Of a stretch of 64,000 nucleotides of DNA, positions 19,142 through 30,468 are shown in pieces; the stretch's first letter is position 1, and every line of letters starts with the position of its first letter. Location: NCBI GenBank assembly GCA_049570475.1, contig CP186953.1, positions 352,001 through 416,000 of the forward strand, written 5' to 3'. Source of the stretch: Candidatus Methanosuratincola verstraetei. Lineage in GTDB: Archaea > Thermoproteota > Methanomethylicia > Methanomethylicales > Methanomethylicaceae. The translations under genes were made by a program, and so were the position numbers. The notes beneath the pieces are model-generated. The model searched no databases, was not told the origin of the DNA, and was given only the letters and a program-made list of their open reading frames with translations.

Positions 19142-20179
19142 ATGCCACCGACAATCGCGGTAATCGGATCCCATTCAGCCCTCCAGATACTGAAGGGTGC
19201 CAAACAAGAGGGGCTAAGGACCCTGCTGATATGCCTCAATGGCAGGGAGAGGCTCTACGGCCGGTTCAGGCTCGCAGACAGGACAGTCTCAGTTGACAGC
19301 GTGGAGGAAATCCTCGGGGACGGGATCCAGGATCTGCTCGAGGAGGAGGGGGCTGTTTTTGTGCCCCATGGCACATTGATATCAGGCGGGCGACTCGAAG
19401 ACCTGGAGAAGCGCTTCAGGCCGAGGATCTTCGGTAACAGGTTCATATTCAAATGGGAATACGACAGGGATCTAAAGGACAGGCTTTTGAGGGAGGCAGG
19501 GATCAGGACCCCAAAGAAGCTTTGCTCCTACTCAGAAATAGACGGGCCGGCGATCGTAAAGCTACCAGGTGCCGAGGGCGGCAGGGGGTACTTCATTGCA
19601 AAGAGCCCAAAGGACTTTGAGGCGAAGATCAGGCAGCTTAAGGATAAGGGGCTGATCAGGAAGGGGGAGGAGGAGAAGGTCTTCATCCAAGAATACATAA
19701 TAGGGGTGCCCGTTTACCCACACTACTTCTGGTCGGCGGTCGAGGGTAGGCTCGAATTGATGGGGTGCGACAGGAGGTACGAAACGAGCATAGACGCGAT
19801 CGGTAGGATTAGCGCAAAGGACCAGCTAGATCTGGGGATAACCCCCACGTTCAGGGTGATTGGCAACATGCCCCTGGTTCTCAGGGAATCCCTCCTCATG
19901 GATGTCTTCGATGATGGTGAGAAGTTCGTCTCCGCCGCGGAGAGGCTAGTCCCGCCAGGCATGATAGGACCTTTCTGCCTCGAGATGATATGCGACGAGG
20001 AAGGCAAGCTCTACACTTTCGAATTCTCGGGAAGGATAGTCGCAGGCACAAACCTCTTCGTCAGCGGATCACCGTACAGCGACCTTCTCTTTGACGAGCC
20101 TATGAGCATGGGGAGGAGGATCGCGAGGGAGATAAGGGCAGCCTCGGAGCTCGGTGTGATCGAGAAAGTGACCACATAG
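19142..20179 (+). CDS. purP: PurP formate-dependent FAICAR synthetase (paralog 2)
   Basis: [35 protein letters not shown]. Confidence 0.88.
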   Translation: MPPTIAVIGSHSALQILKGAKQEGLRTLLICLNGRERLYGRFRLADRTVSVDSVEEILGDGIQDLLEEEGAVFVPHGTLISGGRLEDLEKRFRPRIFGNRFIFKWEYDRDLKDRLLREAGIRTPKKLCSYSEIDGPAIVKLPGAEGGRGYFIAKSPKDFEAKIRQLKDKGLIRKGEEEKVFIQEYIIGVPVYPHYFWSAVEGRLELMGCDRRYETSIDAIGRISAKDQLDLGITPTFRVIGNMPLVLRESLLMDVFDDGEKFVSAAERLVPPGMIGPFCLEMICDEEGKLYTFEFSGRIVAGTNLFVSGSPYSDLLFDEPMSMGRRIAREIRAASELGVIEKVTT

Positions 20180-20188
20180 TGGTTCCAA

Positions 20189-20911
20189 ATGTACCACTTG
20201 AAGTGCGCAAAGGGCGACATTGCCGAAAGGGCGGTCGTATTTGGCGATCCCTGCCGGACAAAGGCATTATCATCTTTCCTCGACCGCCCCAGTCTGGTTA
20301 ACAGGAACCGGTGCCTCCTGACTTACACAGGGGAGTACATGGGCACAAAACTGACGCTTTCGACGACGGGCATGGGTACCCCATCCGCAGCCATCGTCTG
20401 CGAGGAGCTTGCGGCTTTGGGCGCAAAGTGCATAATCAGGGCGGGGACTATGGGAAGCATTTCTGATAAGGTTTCCGTCGGCGATGCAGTGATACCGAAC
20501 AAAGCGATACCATTGGATGGGACAAGTCATGCATATAGAGAGAGGTTCAAACTGGATCGCTTGCCTGTGGCATCGCGCCGAATAGCAGAGCTCCTAAGGT
20601 CGGCAGCCCTTTCGAAATGTGTGATGGCCCACACAGGCACGATCTGCACAAGCGATACGTTTTACCTCGAGGGGGAGGAGGATGCCTCCCATTGGAAGAA
20701 TAAGGGTGTGCTGGGATTCGAGATGGAGTGCTCGGCGATTTTTACGATAGGAGAGATCAGGGGCTACGAGGCAGGGGCCATATTGGCAGTAACGGGAAGC
20801 CCACACGGCAAGCAAAGGGTCCTCGAAGGGGATGAGATCAGCATGGCGATAGAGAGGTGCGCACTGTCGGCAATGGAAGCTGCGGTTTCGGTCGAATTGG
20901 CTCGAAAATAG
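20189..20911 (+). CDS. Nucleoside phosphorylase (Udp/DeoD family)
   Basis: GDPxR, GMGTPS, RAGT, EME. Confidence 0.9.
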   Translation: MYHLKCAKGDIAERAVVFGDPCRTKALSSFLDRPSLVNRNRCLLTYTGEYMGTKLTLSTTGMGTPSAAIVCEELAALGAKCIIRAGTMGSISDKVSVGDAVIPNKAIPLDGTSHAYRERFKLDRLPVASRRIAELLRSAALSKCVMAHTGTICTSDTFYLEGEEDASHWKNKGVLGFEMECSAIFTIGEIRGYEAGAILAVTGSPHGKQRVLEGDEISMAIERCALSAMEAAVSVELARK

Positions 20912-21020
20912 TCGAGTGCATGCTGCAATAAAACATTTCTTATGTTGTGGTTTTCATTACCATCTCCGATCATGAAAATTGACTTGTTTATTTAAAAATA
21001 ATGGTTTGGCAAGCTGTTTT

Positions 21021-21048
21021 GGTTTAGTTGGGCGCTAAACCCTTTTTT
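21021..21048 (+). terminator. Hairpin plus oligo-T, terminator-like
   Basis: GGTTTAG/CTAAACC stem followed by a T6 tract. Confidence 0.35.
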
Positions 21049-21145
21049 AAATAGACGCATCAATTTCCTACACCATGGGGAGCATCGCAACTTGCCTTGA
21101 ACGTTGTAAGAATGCAATAAGTCATGCAGTGCCGAATGTATTTAT

Positions 21146-21407
21146 GCCGCAGTTGAGAACGGAAAGGGCCTGTAGCGGCACCCGACAGGAACAGAAGGGA
21201 AAGGCGAGCCCGAAAGGGTGAGCAAGAACGGAAGGACCTGGAGGGTGCAGCGGACAGGATGCACGATGGGACGAATCCAGGGCGTCTGGATAGAATCGGA
21301 CGCCACGACCGCGGAAAGTCGTTGCATGGGAAGCTCGGGAGGAGGACGCCGGCCATGGCGGCGATTCAAATTCCGGGCATCTCCCTGAAAACGTTCTCAA
21401 CTGCGGT
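21146..21407 (+). ncRNA. Unassigned structured non-coding RNA candidate
   Basis: Perfect 15-bp terminal stem 21147-21161/21392-21406, several internal helices, GAAA tetraloop, purine-rich linkers, AT-rich flanks, downstream T-rich tract. Confidence 0.65.
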
Positions 21408-21444
21408 CTTTATTTTGGGACAATAAATAATTCTAATTCGCAAG

Positions 21445-21867
21445 GTGCGTTGCTTGAGGCACAAGAAGGGTCCTAAATACTTCTATGAGGTAATCCATAA
21501 CATAAGTGAATTGATTGAAAAGATCAATGAAAATTCCTCGCTCGTGCTTGTGGAGGGGGAGAATGACGAAATTGCGCTCAGATTGGCCAAATTGAGAACG
21601 CCAATAGCTACATTCTGCGATTCCAACCTGCCCAGATTCGAGTTTGTGGACAGGATCGCACGAGACTATGCCGATTCGAGCGTGGTAATCCTCTTCGACT
21701 ACGACATGGAAGGGAGCAACGCAGCCAAGCGGATGACGGTAGAGCTTGAAGAAAAAGGGGTCAGGGTGGAGAGGGGCCTGAGGAAAAAGCTAGGCGAGAT
21801 CTTGGCCAAGGAGGGGATCAGAAGGATCGAGGAGATCCCATCGATCCTTTCGAAGGCCGAATTCTAG
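21445..21867 (+). CDS. Small Toprim-domain protein (RNase M5/small primase-like)
   Basis: VLVEGEND and ILFDYDxEG Toprim motifs. Confidence 0.85.
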   Translation: MRCLRHKKGPKYFYEVIHNISELIEKINENSSLVLVEGENDEIALRLAKLRTPIATFCDSNLPRFEFVDRIARDYADSSVVILFDYDMEGSNAAKRMTVELEEKGVRVERGLRKKLGEILAKEGIRRIEEIPSILSKAEF

Positions 21868-21917
21868 AACACGGTTTTTTAATAGGCCCGAACGAAATAG
21901 GATTTTGGAGATTGCCG

Positions 21918-22490
21918 ATGCAGATCGGATTCGAGCCAAAAATCGTGTTCCTGTGCCCACTGTGCCAAAAGGATGTGGAGATGGTCTACAGCAGGTCAGA
22001 AGGATGGTCGGCAGATCACGGAGGATGCCTCAATTTCTCGGTGATCAGGAAAACGCCGACTATTGGGGACAAGGAGTTCAGGACGCCTTTGGTATTCATA
22101 GATCTAGAGTCGGATTTTGCAATAAGGGAAGCGATAGATGGCCTCAGAGCATTGGCGGCCGATGAGGCGGACTCTACCAAAAGGACAAAGATCGAAGCAG
22201 GGATCAGGAGGCTGGAGTCCAAGATAGGCTTTGCTGAAAAGAAGATTCAAGAGTTGCTCGAGGCGATAAAGGGGGGGACTTATGGGCTGAGGATAGTATC
22301 AGGGAGATCGGTGGGCGCGCTGGTCTGGAGAGGCGAAGAAAAATTCTTTGGGATATCCTATGGAAATGCGCAGAATGAAGAATTTGGGCTGATGATCACA
22401 TCCCAAGAGGATGAGGCAAAAGGCTTCATTCTCAAATGGATTCATTACTGGGACGGGGCAAAGCTTGTTGGGAAAAAGATGTTCCCCTAG
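21918..22490 (+). CDS. Hypothetical protein with putative N-terminal Zn site
   Basis: Long ORF in gene-sized gap; CPLC...HGGC. Confidence 0.6.
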   Translation: MQIGFEPKIVFLCPLCQKDVEMVYSRSEGWSADHGGCLNFSVIRKTPTIGDKEFRTPLVFIDLESDFAIREAIDGLRALAADEADSTKRTKIEAGIRRLESKIGFAEKKIQELLEAIKGGTYGLRIVSGRSVGALVWRGEEKFFGISYGNAQNEEFGLMITSQEDEAKGFILKWIHYWDGAKLVGKKMFP

Positions 22491-22574
22491 TTTGAGCTCA
22501 GATTTGGAATAGAAAAATAAAAAAAAGACCCCGATCGTGCTTTAAAGAAATAAAAAAGAAAGAAGGATTGCCGA

Positions 22575-23075
22575 ATGGAGAAATTCACTGTCAGGGAGTT
22601 TAGGCCCGAAGACCTTGAATCGGTCATTACGATAAACAAGGTCTGCCTGCCTGAAAATTATTCCCCGGATTTTTTCATGGAGCATCATTGGGAGAACCCA
22701 AAGATCTTCCTGGTGGCCCAAGTGGGAGACAAAGTCGTAGGGTACAACATGTGCAGGATCGAATTTGGCATCTCGAACATAAAGAGGGATTTTGCAAAGA
22801 AGGGGCATGTGATTTCAATTGCAGTCTTGGAAGATTACAGGGGGATGGGGATCGGCCAGAGACTGATGGAGGAGGGGATGAAGAACGTCAGGGAGTCTGG
22901 CGCGTCAGAGATTTACCTCGAGGTGAGGCAGAGCAACCTACCGGCAATCCAGCTGTACAGGAAGTTAGGCTTCAGGGCCGTCCGGGTCCTAGAAGGGTAC
23001 TACAGGGACGGTGAGAATGCCTATCTGATGGTGGCTAACTTGGAAGAAAAAACCCGCTTTGGGGACGGTTCATGA
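22575..23075 (+). CDS. rimI: N-alpha-acetyltransferase (RimI/Ard1)
   Basis: LPENY, GHVISIAV, RGMGIG, YLEVRxSN, YYxDGE. Confidence 0.92.
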   Translation: MEKFTVREFRPEDLESVITINKVCLPENYSPDFFMEHHWENPKIFLVAQVGDKVVGYNMCRIEFGISNIKRDFAKKGHVISIAVLEDYRGMGIGQRLMEEGMKNVRESGASEIYLEVRQSNLPAIQLYRKLGFRAVRVLEGYYRDGENAYLMVANLEEKTRFGDGS

Positions 23076-23276
23076 GTCGGCGGCAGATCTCCGAAACTTC
23101 TGATAGGCAGTATAGCCGATAAGGATTACAGTCGGCAAGTAGAAAATGCAGGATTCGAAGAAGGTTTCAAAAATAGGCGTGCCGTTAAGACGCATGTAGG
23201 CGAGGCACAGAGATACGGTCAACATAGCAATGGATGCAATAAGTGAGCTTCTGAAGTCGTCGATTTCCATATGCAC
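23070..23276 (-). CDS. Small two-TM hypothetical protein
   Basis: Two hydrophobic segments, fills intergenic space. Confidence 0.4.
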   Translation of the reverse strand: MHMEIDDFRSSLIASIAMLTVSLCLAYMRLNGTPIFETFFESCIFYLPTVILIGYTAYQKFRRSAADS

Positions 23277-23398
23277 GTGAGATCATACGCGATATAAAAG
23301 TTAAGCGGCAGTTGCTGTGGGGATTAGAACGAAATTTATATATAGAAGTGCTTTCTGTTTTTTCAGACGTAACATTTTGTGGGCTAGGTGTATGAACC

Positions 23399-25056
<1,658 letters not shown>

Positions 25057-25057
<1 letters not shown>

Positions 25058-25311
25058 TGAGCCAGGAAACAAAACAGATACTCGGTCCAGCAACGCTGAC
25101 AAGGTTCGAGAAGGCCCGGATATTAGGAGCCCGGGCCCTCCAGCTTTCAATGGGTGCTCCTCCGCTGATAGCCTCAAGCGCAACAACGCCAATAGACATA
25201 GCCGAGGAGGAGCTGAAGGCAGGCGTCCTCCCGATAACGATAAGGAGGAGGCTCCCTGACGGACGGCACCAAGACATCCCATTGAAGTGGCTGGTAAAGA
25301 AAACCCAGTAA
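25057..25311 (+). CDS. rpoK: RNA polymerase subunit Rpo6/K
   Basis: [25 protein letters not shown]. Confidence 0.95.
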
Positions 25312-25357
25312 TCTTTTTTTATTTTATTTCATTTTATTACGCTTTGCATAGTTTTTG

Positions 25358-26143
25358 CTATTCGGATCCTTTCCCAGACTTGCGCCCAACCCTACAGATC
25401 AAAGCCGCAGTAACCGCAGCCCCAACGCCATTGTCGATGTTGACAACCACAAGACCAGGGGTGCAGCTCTGAAGCATAGCTGCTAGGGCCGCTTCCCCGC
25501 GCCCCCCGAAGCCGTAACCGGATGAAGTCGGCACCCCAATCACAGGCACAGGCGCCAAGCTACTGATCACTGACGCAAGTGCGCCCTCCATCCCCGCAAA
25601 CACAATGATCACATCCACATTCTTGTCCAGCGAATCCCTGACTGCCGGGAAGACTCTCTGGATGCCAGCTATCCCAACATCATAATACGAATAGACCGTG
25701 CAGCCCAGCGCCTCCAACACGAATTTGGCTTCTTCAGCTACGCGTATGTCTGCCGTGCCAGCAGTTATCAACGAGACTGCCCCGCGCTTTTCGGGATTAG
25801 CAGTGCCGCTACTTCGGATGACCGCTACTCTCCCGACCGGGCTGTACTTGACTTCAGGCTTTCCTTCCAGGCTAGACACGAGTGGCCCAAGCCTCTCCTC
25901 GTCGAGGCGGGTAATTATGACCCTCCCGGATTCCTCGAGGAAAGACTTGACGATTTTCTTCAGGGAGGCGCCATCTTTGCCGTCTGCTAGGATAATCTCG
26001 GGAACGCCCTTTCTAGCCTCCCTCGACAGGTCAAGGCAGGCCACCTCAATCTCCTTTATTGCAAGTAACCTGATCTTCTGCTCAGCTTCGTCAACGCTGA
26101 TCTTGCCAGAGCTGAGTTCTGAAAGCAACCTTCGGAGATCCAA
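25358..26143 (-). CDS. larB: Nickel-pincer cofactor protein LarB
   Basis: RKGVPE, TAGTAD, DVG, AGMEGAL, PTSxGYG, NIDNG. Confidence 0.92.
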   Translation of the reverse strand: MDLRRLLSELSSGKISVDEAEQKIRLLAIKEIEVACLDLSREARKGVPEIILADGKDGASLKKIVKSFLEESGRVIITRLDEERLGPLVSSLEGKPEVKYSPVGRVAVIRSSGTANPEKRGAVSLITAGTADIRVAEEAKFVLEALGCTVYSYYDVGIAGIQRVFPAVRDSLDKNVDVIIVFAGMEGALASVISSLAPVPVIGVPTSSGYGFGGRGEAALAAMLQSCTPGLVVVNIDNGVGAAVTAALICRVGRKSGKGSE

Positions 26144-26182
26144 TTCGCAGCACCCATTTTAATATAGGCAGCCTCTGATCTT

Positions 26183-27427
26183 ATGAGGGTGGCGTATTTG
26201 AATTTGGTGCTCATTGATGCGTCTCTTGCAGGCGTGTCAGGAGATAAGCTGGTATCAGCATTCGCATCAGCCTCAGGCAGGAGCAGGGACCTCGAAGCGG
26301 CGATCAATGGCGCGTTAAAGTCGATCGGCAAAGAATCTTGCGAGGTCTTTTTCGAAGAGATTGAGAGCCAAGGAATTAAAGGGCTTCAGCTCAAGTTCAA
26401 GGATTCAGCGGTGGAGCACAAAAGCGAAGTTGGCGCCAGAACAGCAGGTGAAGCCATCGAGACCTTGACTGCTGCTGCCAAGGCGATAGGGCTCACTCAA
26501 GCCGGGGAAAGACTGGCACGAAGCGCGATGGATCTGCTCATCAGTACAGAAAAAGCAGCCCATGGAACTGAGCTCCTCCATGAGCTTGGGAGCGTAGACA
26601 CAGTGATAGACATCATCGGGACTTTTAAAGCCATTGAGCTATTGGGCGTTGAAGATTGCGCCTTTTTCACCACTCCAGTGGCTGTAGGCTTCGGTTCAGT
26701 GCGCTCTTCTCACGGGCTGCTCCCTGTCCCGGCCCCCGCAACCCTGTCAATAATGAGCCGCACCGGGATACCTATGGCCAGAGGTGAAGTACAGCAAGAA
26801 TTGACTACCCCGACAGGGGCGGCATTGTTGGCGGTCCTGACCTCCGGGAGGGTCGACTTTCCGCCTTTTAGAACAGCCCCAGGGGGGATTGGCATAGGCA
26901 TAGGGAAAAGGGAGATCGGATTCCCGAACATAACCAGGGTCATAATTGGAGAGGCGCTTGCCGGAACGAAAGATGAAGAGATCTTACTGGTCGAGTCCAA
27001 CGTCGATGATGTTGAAGGGGAGGTTTTGGGCTGGATATTCGAGAAGTTGAACGGGGTAGCAGAGGACGTCTGCATAATCCCGATGCTCACGAAAAAGAAC
27101 AGGCCAGGACACATAATAAGGGCCGTTGCCACTGCCGATTCGGTTGGTAAGGTCATAGACACGATTTTGAAGGAAACCGGAACGCTCGGGGTGAAGGTTT
27201 CGCCGTGGAGGAGGATCAAGGTTCATAGGGAAGAGAGCGTTGTCGATTTGGACATAAGAGGCAAGCCATACAGCGTGAGGGTCAAGACGAACCTCAGGAC
27301 GGGTAGGAGTAAGCCTGCTTATGATGATTGCAGGAAAGTGGCTTTGGAAGAGGGGTTGCCATTAAAGAGCGTTGTGGATCTCGTGCGGTCTAAGCTTCAG
27401 CCCTACGAAGATGGGGGCGATCGTTAG
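26183..27427 (+). CDS. larC: Nickel-pincer cofactor nickel insertase LarC
   Basis: AGVSGD, HELG, HGLLPVPAPAT, ELTTPTGAA, ESNVDD, KKNRPG, ETGTLG. Confidence 0.92.
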   Translation: MRVAYLNLVLIDASLAGVSGDKLVSAFASASGRSRDLEAAINGALKSIGKESCEVFFEEIESQGIKGLQLKFKDSAVEHKSEVGARTAGEAIETLTAAAKAIGLTQAGERLARSAMDLLISTEKAAHGTELLHELGSVDTVIDIIGTFKAIELLGVEDCAFFTTPVAVGFGSVRSSHGLLPVPAPATLSIMSRTGIPMARGEVQQELTTPTGAALLAVLTSGRVDFPPFRTAPGGIGIGIGKREIGFPNITRVIIGEALAGTKDEEILLVESNVDDVEGEVLGWIFEKLNGVAEDVCIIPMLTKKNRPGHIIRAVATADSVGKVIDTILKETGTLGVKVSPWRRIKVHREESVVDLDIRGKPYSVRVKTNLRTGRSKPAYDDCRKVALEEGLPLKSVVDLVRSKLQPYEDGGDR

Positions 27428-27442
27428 CCCCAAGAAAAGAAG

Positions 27443-27829
27443 TCAGCACTTCATCCTCACGGTGACCCATTCCCCTCGCTTAACCCGACGCACAGCCTCC
27501 AGAGGGGATACAAGTTTCCCAACAACGTTGACGGGGCTGTAGGGCTGCGAATCCCCAAAGAATACACAGAATGCCCTAGATGGGGGCCAATAAGCAAGCG
27601 TGCCGGGGGTCACAGTAGATCTTGGTTTCTCAGGCCCTGCCGAAACAGGGGTCTCGAAGTATATCTCTTCCTTCCAAAGGAAGGTTCTCGAAGTGAAAGG
27701 CAATGCACCCACGATAGACTCTACAGTCCTAGGAGAGAGTATTCGGGAGAGCACGCCCTCAGCTTTCGCGCTCTCAAACTCAATGAGGATCGGTATTTCT
27801 GATTCTTTGGAAGAGGGCAAAAAATGCAC
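27443..27829 (-). CDS. Cyclophilin-like fold protein (TM1367/DUF369 type)
   Basis: WKEEIYF, LAYWPP, FCVFFG, VNVVG. Confidence 0.8.
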   Translation of the reverse strand: MHFLPSSKESEIPILIEFESAKAEGVLSRILSPRTVESIVGALPFTSRTFLWKEEIYFETPVSAGPEKPRSTVTPGTLAYWPPSRAFCVFFGDSQPYSPVNVVGKLVSPLEAVRRVKRGEWVTVRMKC

Positions 27830-27831
27830 CC

Positions 27832-28131
27832 TTAAGCCGCAGGCACATAGATGCTTACGCGCCGCGTCTTCTTTACTTCCTTGAGCAGCCCTTGGCTGAC
27901 CATTCCCTGGAGGAGATCCTTCGCTACGCTATACTTTAGGTTATATTTTGAGTAAATCTGGTATGGCGTCACGCAGACCATCTTCGGCACTTCTTTCCTT
28001 ATCTGATCCAAGACCTTTGGGTCTACCACCGAGGTGGCTGCCGACTTTACGATCTCCTTCTTCGCAGACTCCTTCTTCTCTGGAGCTTCGCCTTTCGCTG
28101 GCTTTGCAACAGTCTTTTTAGCCCCACCCAT
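27832..28131 (-). CDS. rps25e: Ribosomal protein eS25
   Basis: Lys-rich N-terminus, KEVPKMxCVTPY, SVAK; ATG at 28131. Confidence 0.88.
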   Translation of the reverse strand: MGGAKKTVAKPAKGEAPEKKESAKKEIVKSAATSVVDPKVLDQIRKEVPKMVCVTPYQIYSKYNLKYSVAKDLLQGMVSQGLLKEVKKTRRVSIYVPAA

Positions 28132-28183
28132 AATACACACCTGACATCGGAAAAAGGTCAAGTTAACAATAAAAACGTTTTGG

Positions 28184-29629
28184 TTAAGGAGCTTTGCTGA
28201 AGGCCCTCTCAAACGGCTGCCTGTGTATCGAGTTCATTGTGCAGAATGGTATGATTCTGCCATCGGGAAGCGCATAGTGGATTGTGCATCGCCTAACCCT
28301 TTCCAAGTCGAAGTTATATGGATCCATGAAGTGCATGCAGCCGATCAGTACAACCTTGTGCATGAACTCCCCGAGGGAGTCGTAGTCGCCATGGAGCAGC
28401 ACTGAGGACAGTATGCTCCCGAGCAGCGCCTTGTTCACATACCGGGTCGCTCCTAGCAGGCGCATCTTCGCCCTTAACTTGGATCCTTTTACCGCGTCTT
28501 CATACACCTTCTCCATTGAATCCATGAACTTCTCGACATTGGCATATTTTGTGATCGGTACTAGCCTATCCCCCTCCGGGAGCAGCATGGTAGCCATGCC
28601 ACAGTGCTGGTGGTTTGTGAACGTCTGGTATCGCCTTCCCTTCAGGGCTCCCACAGCGTTCGATATAGGCACTACGACAGGGATGGGGTAGAAGTCCGAG
28701 GTCTTTACCTCCCCATTTGTCTGCGCCTCTACGAGCTTCAAGAAGTCAGGGATTGTGATGCGCATCTCCCTCAACCGGTTCTTGTCGATCCTGCCTGCCA
28801 TGGAGACGGGCTGGAAGTTCACGCCCCGGACCACGTCGTGGTTCTTGGCCGCGAATCGGATTATGTCACCGACCTGATCGTCATTAACTCCTCTCACCAG
28901 GGTAGGGACCAAGACAACACTATGGAGTCCGACTGATCTGCAGTTCTCGATTACCTTGAGTTTGGTCTGGAGGAGATCGACCCCCCTGGCAGCGATGTAT
29001 GGGCCTGGCTTCATGCCGTCGAACTGCAGATAAAGGGTGCTGAGACCGGCATCAATCAATCCCTTCAGGAAAGATGGATCATTGGATACACGTATGCCAT
29101 TGGTGTTGACCTCGATGTGATCGAAGCCTGCTTCCTTTGCCATCCGTATGATGTCAGGGAGGTCGTCCCTTAGAGTCGGCTCCCCTCCCGAGAACTGAAT
29201 CGAGTTCGGCGGGACAGGCCGGTTGCTCCTGAGGTTTTTCAGCATCTCTGCGATCTGATCCCTGGTGGGCTCATAGGCGTAACCGGCGGTTGCTGCATTG
29301 GCGAAGCAGATAGGGCACCGCAGATTGCACCTGTTGGTCACGTCGATTATGGCAAGAACGGTATGCGACCCATGTGATGGGCATATTCCGCAGTCGTACG
29401 GGCAGCCAGCTTCTGATTTTGTGCGGGGGTTTTCGAGACCGTCGCCGAGGCGTTCGTACCCCTCAGCCCTCTTGTAGAGCTCGTAATCGCTCCAATAAAT
29501 GTCCTCAAAGTGTCCGTGCTCTGCGCAGGTCTTGCGGATGTAAACCACGCCGTTGTCCTCATAAATCTCTGCCTCCAAAACCTTCATGCATTCAGGGCAG
29601 AGGCTTTTTGTCTTCTTCAGCACCTGCAT
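28184..29629 (-). CDS. tes: Tetraether (GDGT) synthase, radical SAM
   Basis: N-terminal SLCPEC..KTCxEHG, CPYDCGIC, CNLRCPIC, HCG, C-terminal CxIHY..IPFC. Confidence 0.85.
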   Translation of the reverse strand: MQVLKKTKSLCPECMKVLEAEIYEDNGVVYIRKTCAEHGHFEDIYWSDYELYKRAEGYERLGDGLENPRTKSEAGCPYDCGICPSHGSHTVLAIIDVTNRCNLRCPICFANAATAGYAYEPTRDQIAEMLKNLRSNRPVPPNSIQFSGGEPTLRDDLPDIIRMAKEAGFDHIEVNTNGIRVSNDPSFLKGLIDAGLSTLYLQFDGMKPGPYIAARGVDLLQTKLKVIENCRSVGLHSVVLVPTLVRGVNDDQVGDIIRFAAKNHDVVRGVNFQPVSMAGRIDKNRLREMRITIPDFLKLVEAQTNGEVKTSDFYPIPVVVPISNAVGALKGRRYQTFTNHQHCGMATMLLPEGDRLVPITKYANVEKFMDSMEKVYEDAVKGSKLRAKMRLLGATRYVNKALLGSILSSVLLHGDYDSLGEFMHKVVLIGCMHFMDPYNFDLERVRRCTIHYALPDGRIIPFCTMNSIHRQPFERAFSKAP

Positions 29630-29700
29630 AAGCGCTCATCCACGATAACAACATCCGTTTTATATTTGAAATTTTTTATACTATTCATACGGTGAATCGT

Positions 29701-30468
29701 ATGAGCGGCGAGTGGGGCATAATGAGCAGGCTGTCCCAGGTAGGGCTTACGGAAGGGGAGGGCAAAGTCTACTTGGCACTACTCAAAAGCAAGGCTGAAA
29801 TGGACGCCAAGGAGGTGAGCAAGGCATCTGGCATACCATATTCGAAGGTCTACACGATCCTTGAGAAGCTCGCCTCGAAATCCCTGATAAACGTGAGGGC
29901 GGGCAGACCGGCGATCTTCAGCGCAAGGGCGCCCTCTGATGGGCTATCGGAATATAAGAGGCAGGTTGCAAGGGAGCTCGACAGCAAGTTTGGGGAGCTG
30001 GAGGAGGCGCTCCAGGATCTGCAGGCCACCACGGATGCCGAGAGACCAGACATCTGGATCATCAAAAATACTGAAGACATTGTCAAAAAGGCATACTCGA
30101 CGATGATAAATGCAGTCAAGGAAGTCGACGTGGCGCTGCCATTCATGCCAGAATGGGCATCCGAAGAGCTCTACCCTACATTTTTGCGGCTGAGGGGCAG
30201 GGAGGTTTCGCTGAGGTTGCTGCTCTCGTCGCAGGTCCCGCGAGACAAGATAGAAGGGATCTCTAGAGTGGTCAGCGTCAGGGCGAGGGACAGGATGTTC
30301 GGAGGGGGCATCATAGTTGACGGGAACGAGGCTATACTATTCATTGCAAGCGAGGGGTCGAATCCAAGCGTGGCAATATGGTCGAACCACGTGGGACTGG
30401 TCCAAATTGCCAAGACTTACTTTGACAATCTGTGGGCTTCTTCGACACCGATGAATTCACAGGATTAG
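29701..30468 (+). CDS. TrmB-family transcriptional regulator
   Basis: GLTxxExKVY, SGIPYSKVY HTH, effector domain. Confidence 0.9.
   Translation: MSGEWGIMSRLSQVGLTEGEGKVYLALLKSKAEMDAKEVSKASGIPYSKVYTILEKLASKSLINVRAGRPAIFSARAPSDGLSEYKRQVARELDSKFGELEEALQDLQATTDAERPDIWIIKNTEDIVKKAYSTMINAVKEVDVALPFMPEWASEELYPTFLRLRGREVSLRLLLSSQVPRDKIEGISRVVSVRARDRMFGGGIIVDGNEAILFIASEGSNPSVAIWSNHVGLVQIAKTYFDNLWASSTPMNSQD

Noticed and set aside
21060-21400. Three overlapping minus-strand ORFs
   Set aside because: Pro/Arg/Ser-rich, no motifs; by-products of a GC-rich structured block
21146-21407. Assignment as RNase P RNA, SRP RNA or MITE
   Set aside because: Fragments such as ACAGAA, GAGCAAG and GGGCATCTCCC occur but not in RNase P order; no clear SRP helix 8 motif; no target duplication or second copy seen. 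Left unassigned
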